A stretch of 64,000 bases of DNA from Bacteroidota bacterium. GTDB taxonomy: Bacteria > Bacteroidota > Ignavibacteria > Tepidaquicellales > Tepidaquicellaceae. A program made the position numbers and the translations under genes. The stretch lies in contig JAFDZQ010000072.1 of the NCBI GenBank assembly GCA_018266895.1, positions 3,813 to 67,812 of the forward strand, in the 5' to 3' direction. A model generated the notes under the pieces. The model was not told where the DNA came from. It did no database searches and worked only from the letters and a program-made list of their open reading frames with translations. Positions 56,421 to 64,000 of this stretch are shown one piece after another (the stretch's first letter is position 1; the number at the start of each line of letters is the position of its first letter).

Positions 56421-56975
56421 TTATAAACTCTTTAGGAATAATCTGCGGATCACAAAGACAATTAAACAGATTATCAGAATTACAAAATATATTGTTGTCA
56501 GAAAGCTTTTTAATACCGAAAATACATTAGTTATCTGCGTCAGAAAACCGGGATTGGAGGGATAAGTATTCAGCATTGCAATTATTCCGAAATTCTCCAG
56601 ATAATCAAAAAGTCCTGCAAACAGAGGAAGGTAACATAAGTAAAATAAAAAGCTTTCTGTTTTTCCAAGCTTGTTCAGAAAGTAGGCAAGTACGAGACAA
56701 TAACTTACTCCGAACAATAATGGATAGACCATATCAACGGGAAGCTGAATATATAAATAAGCATTTCTTCCCTGTTCTCCCAAAGAACTTAAAAGATTGT
56801 TTGCATATTCAGCGTCATAACCTGCCGGCATCATATCGAGTAAATTCATTCCGCCCGAATAACTCATAACTTTCGGAATAGTTATTGTCAGCATAACCAA
56901 ATAAACAATAATCGTCACTGTAAAGAGAATCAGTACTTTCCGCCCGCTGGAATTCCTTTTGATTAGTTCTTTCAT
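56421..56975 (-). CDS. membrane protein, hypothetical
   Basis: 184-aa ORF with about 5 TM helices. No family recognised. Confidence 0.5.
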   Translation of the reverse strand: MKELIKRNSSGRKVLILFTVTIIVYLVMLTITIPKVMSYSGGMNLLDMMPAGYDAEYANNLLSSLGEQGRNAYLYIQLPVDMVYPLLFGVSYCLVLAYFLNKLGKTESFLFYLCYLPLFAGLFDYLENFGIIAMLNTYPSNPGFLTQITNVFSVLKSFLTTIYFVILIICLIVFVIRRLFLKSL

Positions 56976-57155
56976 AAGAATTTTTACAGCTATTGATTGA
57001 CTTCAGAATAAAATAAAATGACGTTCCTGAGTTTGTGAATTTATTTTTCAGCAAAAAAAATAAAACTAAAGATAACCTCTAAAAATCGGGCAAAATTAAA
57101 AATAAACAAGAAAGCTCAGACTTTATTCATCCTGAATATTCATTATCTCAGCAAA

Positions 57156-59540
57156 TCAAACCTTTCTTCTTTTATTGTTCTTTTCAATATATTTTAAGAT
57201 TTCCTTATACATCGATTCCGCATCCAGTCCTGCCTGATGTAGCACGCTTTCCGCAGTTCCGCTTCCGAGATAACATCCGTTTCTGAAGGGATGAAGAATA
57301 TCATACCTTCCTTCAAAACTAGTGATCCATTTATACATTGTGGGCATAGTGAAACCGGTTATGCCCATTGCAGTATTTCTGATCTCATAAGGAAGCAGCG
57401 CTTCTCTTTCTTCTTTCGGATGAGCATCGTAAAGTTCAGCGCTGGAAATATGATAAACATTAATATTATATCCTTCCTTGTCAAGTCTGGGAAGAACCTT
57501 TGTTACGAATTCAATAGTCACTCCGCTTTCCTGAAGAATAATTGACCCGTCTGTTTTCTGTTTTTTATCCGCATTTCTCAACGCATATACTCCCTTAACA
57601 GCTTCGCTTGCAGGAGCAATATTCAGTTTCTTTCTGTCCATTATCAGTTCATTAGGTCTCGTGACAAAAGGCGAAAGCACTGCAGGACGTTTCTTCAGTC
57701 CTTCAACAAGTAGCGGCCAGATCTCTCCGGGTTCCCACGGGGTAAGAGTAATCATTATTTCAGGAGGAAAATTTTCCTGAATGAGCTGGAGGCACTGAGG
57801 ATCGGCATGAGTAGGACCGTCTTCTCCGGTCTTCAGTCCTGCGTGAGCATTAATAAGTATCCAGGTGTTGAAGTGTCCGCCGTAATGCATTACTTTATTC
57901 TGCTCGCCGATTCCGTGAAGTCTTGCAGCAGTATGCTCCATAGCTGAAATAAAAGCTCCGTAAGAAGAACTTACGCCGATGTGTTTTCCGTAAGCTGACA
58001 AACCGGCCATCATTCCTCCGATGGCGTCTTCGCAAATTCCTCCGATAGAAAGTATCCTGGATTCAGGATTATCTACTGAATCAAAAAAACCTTCGTGAAA
58101 TTCTTTTCCGAGAAGATTGACGGAAGTCGAGCCTAAAAGATCTGCTGCCACGCCGAGAATCGCTCCGTTAGAAATCCTGTTTATGTATCCCAGAGATGAT
58201 CCCAGCACCGCTCTTAATGTTGTAGTCTCTCCTGTTTTAATATTCAGTTCAGCGGGAATGTCATCAGGTGATATAACTTTATCTTCATAAATATGCCCAA
58301 GTTCAGGTTTATTATCTACCGGAACTCTGTTTTTTTTCTGTAAGCGCTCTTTGCTTTTTGCTATTGATTCGGCAAAAAATGAAAGCGATTTATCTCCGTC
58401 AATAGCTTTCCTGATCGTCGTCAGTGTTTCATAGAAACACTTTTCTGTATTTTCCTGTGTCTGTTCACCGTCAAATCTCGGTATCTTTAATGCATACATT
58501 TCCTCAAATTCCTTACATGCAGCGTAATAGCCTTCGGAGTTCATTTTATGTCCGGCTCCGTGTGATGCTCTTCCTTCAATGCCGTATTTCCATCCTTTAA
58601 CAGTCCGGTACACAATGGCTGTCGGCATTTTATTATTCAATGATCCGGCAAACGCCTGTGCTGCAGCTATACTTCTGAAATCTTTCCCGTCATCAACATG
58701 TATCACATTAAAATCATGCAGATAACAGAGCTCCATCGGATTCCATTGCACATAATCTCCTTTAAGTTCGCCTTCTCTGCAAACGCGGTTTGAATCAATT
58801 GACGCCTGGTTGAAATCAATATGAAGGCAGACATTATGCAGTCTCATTGCAGAAGCAGCTGCAAAAGCTTCTGAAACTCTTCCGGGAGTCATTCCGCCTT
58901 CGCCTTCGATCACATGTATCTTCGGAGCATTCCCGCCGAAATAATCAAGCGCTCCCAGAGCAAGTCCGAAAGAAGCCGGTATGCCTACGCCGCTTGCGCC
59001 GGTTGCAACTCTCACGTGAGGAGTTGCGGGAGTAGGATGTCCGTCCAGAGCTTTCGACTTGAATTTATTAAACAACGGAAGGTTTGTAGTCGGATTTTTT
59101 CTGAACCCGAGCAGATCTTCGAAGCGGAGCTGATATTTTTCGTCCGGAAGTAATTCCGGTAAAAATGCTTTAACTACTTCATTCCTCAAAGCCCACATCG
59201 CATAGAGCCCGAGTGCTTTATGTCCTGCAGCATAAACAACGAGATCATTATCATCTGCGAAAGGTTTTGCAATGTCGAAGTCAAGAAAGTTATAAAGCAC
59301 AGACGATACTATTCGTCCGGAAGATATCGAACCTCCGGGATGACCGCTGGTCGGAACAAAATTAAACAGTATGGCGCATAAAGCTCTGTAAACTGTATCC
59401 AGTCTTTCAAACAGCTGTACAGTATCATCATCAAGCGGCGAACCAGATTTCAGAATCTCATTTAATTCAAAATATTTTCCTCTGCGGCTTGCAAATCCGG
59501 GTATTAAAGGCATTACATTTGTATAGTCAGGATTATTCAT
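57156..59540 (-). CDS. transketolase-family thiamine-diphosphate enzyme, long single-chain form (794 aa)
   Basis: SGHPGGS, a TPP-binding motif VIEGEGGMTPGRVSEA...HIDFNQASID, and a Pyr-domain GICEDAIGGMMAGLS. Confidence 0.75.
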   Translation of the reverse strand: MNNPDYTNVMPLIPGFASRRGKYFELNEILKSGSPLDDDTVQLFERLDTVYRALCAILFNFVPTSGHPGGSISSGRIVSSVLYNFLDFDIAKPFADDNDLVVYAAGHKALGLYAMWALRNEVVKAFLPELLPDEKYQLRFEDLLGFRKNPTTNLPLFNKFKSKALDGHPTPATPHVRVATGASGVGIPASFGLALGALDYFGGNAPKIHVIEGEGGMTPGRVSEAFAAASAMRLHNVCLHIDFNQASIDSNRVCREGELKGDYVQWNPMELCYLHDFNVIHVDDGKDFRSIAAAQAFAGSLNNKMPTAIVYRTVKGWKYGIEGRASHGAGHKMNSEGYYAACKEFEEMYALKIPRFDGEQTQENTEKCFYETLTTIRKAIDGDKSLSFFAESIAKSKERLQKKNRVPVDNKPELGHIYEDKVISPDDIPAELNIKTGETTTLRAVLGSSLGYINRISNGAILGVAADLLGSTSVNLLGKEFHEGFFDSVDNPESRILSIGGICEDAIGGMMAGLSAYGKHIGVSSSYGAFISAMEHTAARLHGIGEQNKVMHYGGHFNTWILINAHAGLKTGEDGPTHADPQCLQLIQENFPPEIMITLTPWEPGEIWPLLVEGLKKRPAVLSPFVTRPNELIMDRKKLNIAPASEAVKGVYALRNADKKQKTDGSIILQESGVTIEFVTKVLPRLDKEGYNINVYHISSAELYDAHPKEEREALLPYEIRNTAMGITGFTMPTMYKWITSFEGRYDILHPFRNGCYLGSGTAESVLHQAGLDAESMYKEILKYIEKNNKRRKV

Positions 59541-59795
59541 GATTAGTTTTATTTAGATAAGTTTTGATAAGAAAAGTCTGAAGCATAAAGTTCAGGATTT
59601 GTATTTAATCTGTATCTAAATTATGAATTTATACCGTGAAATGAACTATAGAAATTGTAGTATATTTACTTTGATTGTGATATTAATAAAAGAATATTAA
59701 ACTTTTCGGAATACAGGAATTGAAATTATTTTTTGCATGTACCCGCTGATTCGGATAATAAATTTAAATCAATCAAGTTTTTATATCATACTGAT

Positions 59796-60512
59796 TTATA
59801 TTAGCTGAAAAAAATCATTTACTCCTACATATCTGTCAACTGTAAAACCTTCAGCATAATCTGCGTTGATCTGTTTGCCGTAAATTGCGTTCGTACTTTT
59901 TATATGCCTGATCAGACCGGAATTTGAATGATTTATTTTTTCATCCGGTTCTCCGAACTGTGATTTGAAAGCCATAACAGCTTCCACTTTTTTATCCATA
60001 TAAGAAGTAATATCTATTACAAAATGCGGTTCTATATAAAAATCCTGAATGTAATGATAAACTGCTTTGGGTCTCCATGCATCCTGAATTATCCCGTTCA
60101 GGAGCGTCACTTTCTTTTTTAGACCGGCCAGATAACTGGCATCGGCTGCAAGCTTCGCAGCTATGGCATGATCAGGATGACGGTCGTGTATTGCATTGCA
60201 TAAAACTATTTCAGGTCTGTACTTCCTGACAGCAGTTATAAGTTTCAGTCTGCCGGCTTCATTATTCTCCAGAGCGCCGTCAGGCAGACTAAGCTGTTCC
60301 CTGAATTTAATTCCCAGAATATCCGCAGCTGCTTTTGCTTCTTTTTTTCTTTTTTCCGCATTTCCGAAATTGCCTGTTTCTCCTTCAGTCAAATCGGCGA
60401 TTGCGACGGTTTTTCCCATGGCAATATGCTTAAGCAACACACCTGCAGCTGAACATTCCACATCATCAGGATGCGCACCGAAAGCTAAAATATCAACTTT
60501 GTAAGATTCCAA
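59796..60512 (-). CDS. bshB1: LmbE/PIG-L family deacetylase, bacillithiol biosynthesis BshB1 type
   Basis: ILAFGAHPDDVE, DLTEGETGNFG and HPDH motifs. Confidence 0.75.
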   Translation of the reverse strand: MESYKVDILAFGAHPDDVECSAAGVLLKHIAMGKTVAIADLTEGETGNFGNAEKRKKEAKAAADILGIKFREQLSLPDGALENNEAGRLKLITAVRKYRPEIVLCNAIHDRHPDHAIAAKLAADASYLAGLKKKVTLLNGIIQDAWRPKAVYHYIQDFYIEPHFVIDITSYMDKKVEAVMAFKSQFGEPDEKINHSNSGLIRHIKSTNAIYGKQINADYAEGFTVDRYVGVNDFFQLI

Positions 60513-60794
60513 TTTAATTATTCTTTAAATTTATAAATAAAAAATTTACGTTTACGACAGACATTGAAAAATTAAAATAAATTATTTTCACAGAAGTATC
60601 TGACGGTAAATTAAACTTATAAGTATTTGTAATCAATTCAAGAAGGCAATTTCAATAACCGGTTTTCAATTAATGAATTAACTTCTTCATTCTGTAAAAC
60701 TAAACGGTAATATAATGCAGATCTTTTTAATCAGGCAGAAAATATTAAATCACTGCCCGGATTTATGTCTGATTCAGATTAAAGAATTTTTAAA

Positions 60795-60821
60795 TGACCG
60801 GATAATTGAAATATCCGGTCA
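60795..60821. promoter_or_regulatory. perfect 10-bp inverted repeat (tgaccggata-N7-tatccggtca), candidate operator upstream of the ABC transporter
   Basis: Read directly from the sequence. It lies 82 bp upstream of the ATG at 60903 in a divergent promoter region, and no U-run follows it. Confidence 0.5.
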
Positions 60822-60902
60822 GGCTTAATTTAACCAAATTAGTAACTATTTTTTTGAAATTATTGTGGCTTTATTTGTAATTAATTATTAAGTCTGATTT
60901 AA

Positions 60903-61586
60903 ATGATTGATTTAAAAAATGTCCGTAAAGTTTATTCTGAAGGCAATACAAAGCATACTGTATTAAATAATTTTGAACTGAGCATTTCAGAAGGTGAAAT
61001 TATAATTCTGTTCGGAAAAAGCGGATCGGGAAAGTCAACTCTGCTGAATATAATCAGCGGGATTGACATTCCGGACAGCGGGTCAGTGACTATTGACGGA
61101 ACGGACATTACAAAGCTTTCTGAAAAAGAAAGAACTCTGATCCGGAGGAAAAAAATCGGATTCATTTTTCAGTTCTTCAATCTGATCCCGACGCTTACCG
61201 TAAAGGAAAATCTTCAGTTACCGCTTGAGCTTAACAATGAGAAGGATCAGAATAACAGAATAAATTCTATTCTTTCAGAAGTAGGTCTTCTTGACAGGAG
61301 TGATACTTATCCTGATAAACTTTCAGGAGGCGAGCAGCAGCGTATCTCAATCGCGCGCGCTCTGATTCATAATCCCGATATTATTCTCGCAGATGAACCG
61401 ACGGGAAATCTTGATTACGAAACAAGTCTTCAGATCATTGACCTGCTTGACAGAGTAGTTAAGAAAAAAGGAAAAACTATGATAATGGTCACTCACAGTA
61501 AAGATGTGATCGGACTCGCAGACAGGATCATTTCTCTTAAAGAAGGTAAGATCACCGAAATACAGAAGGAAACCGTGATTGAATAG
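60903..61586 (+). CDS. ABC transporter ATP-binding protein (MacB/LolD/FtsE-like)
   Basis: Walker A is GKSGSGKST, the signature is LSGGEQQR and Walker B is ILADEPT. Confidence 0.95.
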   Translation: MIDLKNVRKVYSEGNTKHTVLNNFELSISEGEIIILFGKSGSGKSTLLNIISGIDIPDSGSVTIDGTDITKLSEKERTLIRRKKIGFIFQFFNLIPTLTVKENLQLPLELNNEKDQNNRINSILSEVGLLDRSDTYPDKLSGGEQQRISIARALIHNPDIILADEPTGNLDYETSLQIIDLLDRVVKKKGKTMIMVTHSKDVIGLADRIISLKEGKITEIQKETVIE

Positions 61587-64000
61587 TCTTAACAAATCAA
61601 GTTTAAGATACTTATTAAAACATCCGTGGCAGTTCGGTCTGTCAGTTCTCGGAATTGCAATGGGTGTTGCAATAGTTGTTTCAATTGATATTGCCAACTT
61701 CAGTTCGTCCACTGCTTTTAATCTTTCTCTGAATGCCGTTGCGGGAAAGGCAACTCATCAGATCACAGCCACATCAGAAGGCATTCCCGATTCGCTTTAT
61801 TCATATTTAAGAATTACAAAGGGTTTCAGAAATATTGCTCCTGTTATTGAAACTTATCTGAGCATTCAGAATACAAATGATTCTGCTAAAAGAATTTTTA
61901 AACTATTAGGAATTGATCCCTTTGCAGAACGTCCCTTCAGAGATTATCTGTCGCAGACAGAAGTATCCGTCGAGGGCGGGCTGAAAGAATTTCTTACCGT
62001 ACCAAACTCCGTCATTCTCTCAAAAGAAAGTTTAATCAAATTGAATAAGAGAACAGGTGATTCGATGAGAGTTCTGATAAACGGAATGGAAAAAACTGTT
62101 TTTATTAACGGAATAATAAAAGAAGATGATCAGAACAAATCCGCTCTTGAAAATCTTATTATAACGGACATTTCTTCCGCACAGATTTTAACAGAAAGAA
62201 GCAGCAGATTAGATTACATTGATCTCATAATAAAAAATGAATCAGAAGAAAAGCTTATCAAAAGTCTGTTGCCCGAAGGATTTCAGCTGCAAAAATCCGG
62301 GTCAAGATCGGAAACAGCCGAACAGATGCTCGAAGCATTTAACATTAACCTGACTTCGCTCAGTCTGCTTGCTCTGATAGTAGGATTGTTTCTGATCTAC
62401 AATACAATGACATTTTCGGTTGTGCAGAGGAAGGTTCTGATCGCAACTTTCCGCTCTATCGGCGTTACATCAGGCGAGGTATCAAAGATGATTCTGCTTG
62501 AAGCCATGATAACCGGAATAATCGGCACGCTTGCGGGATTTGCAGCGGCTTATTTCATTTCAAAGTATCTGCTTATTTATATTTCACAGACAATAAACGA
62601 TCTGTATTTTGTCGTATCAGTGAGGGAAATTTACATTTCACCTGCAATAATCCTCAAAGGATTATCATTGGGAATATTAGCGACGATCATATCTGCAATA
62701 AAGCCGTCAAGAGAGGCGTCGGAAGTCCATCCCCGTTCTGCAATGATCCGCTCAGAACAGGAATCTTCTCTTATTAAAAAGGTACCGGGGATGAGCATAG
62801 CCGGAATAATATTTGTAATTACCGGCGCAGTGATACTTTTTTTTCCGTCCAAAAATATCTGGCTCAGTTATTTCGGAATATTGCCTGTCATAATCGGTTT
62901 TGCTTTATTAACTCCGGTAATAATTATTCTTACAGAAAAAATATTTTCACCTGTTTATAAAAAACTCTTTGGAATAACAGGTAAAATTGCTTCAGGATCA
63001 ATCATTCAGAATATTAGCAGAACATATATCGCCATTGCAGCTCTGGCTCTGGCAGTTGCTGCAACAGTAGGAGTCGGCACAATGATCAGCAGTTTCAGAA
63101 GCACTGTTGTTGAATGGCTTGAAGCACGGCTGAACGCCGATATTTTTATTTCAGCCCCGAGCTTAATATCGAGAAGGAATGACGCTGTATTGCCGGAAGA
63201 AATTCTCACAAAGATCAGATCATTGGATGAAGTGAAAGATGTCAATTTCTACCGTGAGATTGAGATATCTCAGGATGACAAAAGATATCATCTGATAGCT
63301 TCAGGTATAAGTAAAAGAAGTTATTCCGGTTTTAAGTTTAAGGAAGGAGATCCGGAAGAAGCCTGGAAAAAATTTGAAGAAGGAGAACTTTTTCTCTCCG
63401 AACCCTTTGCTTATAAAAATGATCTTGCTGCCGGATCAGTGCTTCGTCTTAAAACAGATAAAGGAATGCATGATTTTAAAGTTGCGGGAATTTATTATGA
63501 TTATGCATCCGATCAGGGATTGATTACAATTCAGTACGGGCATTTCAAAGAATTCTGGAATGCAAAAGGGCTGTCCGGTATTTCTGCATTTGTTAAGGAA
63601 GGAAAATCCATTGATTCACTGAAGGATAAAATTCAGTCTTTAGAAACTAACGGGCAGCAGCTTGTGGTAAGAACATTCAGGTTTCTGCTGGATTCGTCAA
63701 TTGAAATATTTGACAGAACATTTTTGATTGCTAAAGTAATGCAGATACTTTCAGTAATAGTAGCTTTCATCGGAATACTCAGTTCGCTTATGTCTCTGCA
63801 GCTCGAACGGAAACGGGAACTCGGAATTTTAAGAGCAAACGGATTGCTTCCGTCACAGTTGTTTAAAATAGTTAATCTTCAAACCATACTTATGGGATTC
63901 ACAGCCGGCATTATAGCGCTTCCTCTTGGAAATATACTGGCTGCAATACTTGTTTATATTATCAATAAAAGATCTTTCGGATGGACAATGCAGTTTGAAA
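61579..64000 (+). CDS. large FtsX-family ABC transporter permease (two FtsX domains; partial, continues beyond window)
   Basis: Absent from the ORF track because it is open-ended. Hand translation from TTG 61579 (LNSLNKSSLRYLLKHPWQFGLSVLGIAMGVAIVVSID...) found no stop up to position 64000. It overlaps the ATPase stop by 8 nt. Confidence 0.8.
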   Translation, partial: MNSLNKSSLRYLLKHPWQFGLSVLGIAMGVAIVVSIDIANFSSSTAFNLSLNAVAGKATHQITATSEGIPDSLYSYLRITKGFRNIAPVIETYLSIQNTNDSAKRIFKLLGIDPFAERPFRDYLSQTEVSVEGGLKEFLTVPNSVILSKESLIKLNKRTGDSMRVLINGMEKTVFINGIIKEDDQNKSALENLIITDISSAQILTERSSRLDYIDLIIKNESEEKLIKSLLPEGFQLQKSGSRSETAEQMLEAFNINLTSLSLLALIVGLFLIYNTMTFSVVQRKVLIATFRSIGVTSGEVSKMILLEAMITGIIGTLAGFAAAYFISKYLLIYISQTINDLYFVVSVREIYISPAIILKGLSLGILATIISAIKPSREASEVHPRSAMIRSEQESSLIKKVPGMSIAGIIFVITGAVILFFPSKNIWLSYFGILPVIIGFALLTPVIIILTEKIFSPVYKKLFGITGKIASGSIIQNISRTYIAIAALALAVAATVGVGTMISSFRSTVVEWLEARLNADIFISAPSLISRRNDAVLPEEILTKIRSLDEVKDVNFYREIEISQDDKRYHLIASGISKRSYSGFKFKEGDPEEAWKKFEEGELFLSEPFAYKNDLAAGSVLRLKTDKGMHDFKVAGIYYDYASDQGLITIQYGHFKEFWNAKGLSGISAFVKEGKSIDSLKDKIQSLETNGQQLVVRTFRFLLDSSIEIFDRTFLIAKVMQILSVIVAFIGILSSLMSLQLERKRELGILRANGLLPSQLFKIVNLQTILMGFTAGIIALPLGNILAAILVYIINKRSFGWTMQFE

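Noticed and set aside
59741-59760. Plus-strand stretch acccgctgattcggataata, which resembles the CUGAUCUGGAUAAU core of the TPP riboswitch and lies near a ThDP enzyme gene.
   Set aside because: There is no CUGAGA element or matching P1-P3 helices nearby. The stretch is on the plus strand, while both flanking genes (transketolase-like and bshB1) are on the minus strand, so it has nothing to regulate. It is probably chance similarity.

Overview
This 64-kb window comes from a low-GC Gram-negative genome. I infer an FCB-group organism (Ignavibacteriota/Bacteroidota-like). The grounds are two T9SS cargo proteins ending in the QNFPNPFNP...GIYFYKLE sorting domain, a bacillithiol bshB1 gene, an ATP synthase operon lacking atpD/atpC, many TTG starts and no obvious Shine-Dalgarno sequences.

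Layout:
- (i) 1-17 kb is mostly housekeeping. It holds a membrane-anchored MutS-family ATPase, a serine hydrolase, tRNA-Leu(CAG), recJ, yebC, ruvC, ruvA, ppa, a crcB-DUF190 fluoride module, arsC, two T9SS cargo genes, proS and maf.
- (ii) 17.1-40.4 kb is a large Wzx/Wzy-type surface-polysaccharide locus. It holds PGM/PMM, Wza, Wzz, a Wzy-like polymerase, a MurJ/Wzx-like flippase and several GT2/GT4 genes. It also holds a GH16 lipoprotein, a GT-C-like membrane protein, a complete GDP-D-glycero-alpha-D-manno-heptose pathway (gmhA, hddA, gmhB, hddC) with an SDR and a transaldolase, a priming phosphoglycosyl transferase, a Dpm1/GtrB-like synthase, and a GT2 fused to a degenerate phosphoglycosyl-transferase scaffold.
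- (iii) 40.4-50.9 kb holds accA, murA, a 12S-type carboxyltransferase and an atpZ-like/atpI/B/E/F/H/A/G operon.
- (iv) 50.9-60.5 kb is a run of minus-strand accessory genes. It includes a tightly packed five-gene operon containing an ANT(6)-family nucleotidyltransferase, a ferritin-like-VIT1 fusion, a long transketolase-like protein and bshB1.
- (v) 60.9-64.0 kb holds an ABC ATPase and a large FtsX-type permease (partial).

I found no CRISPR array, rRNA, transposase, integrase, reverse transcriptase or recognisable anti-phage defence operon.

The most unusual items are the GT2/dead-PGT fusion, the heptose-plus-transaldolase module, the ANT(6) operon and the transmembrane MutS paralog. Several small non-coding repeat, palindrome and operator-like structures are also notable. 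All family calls come from motifs read by eye, not from database searches.
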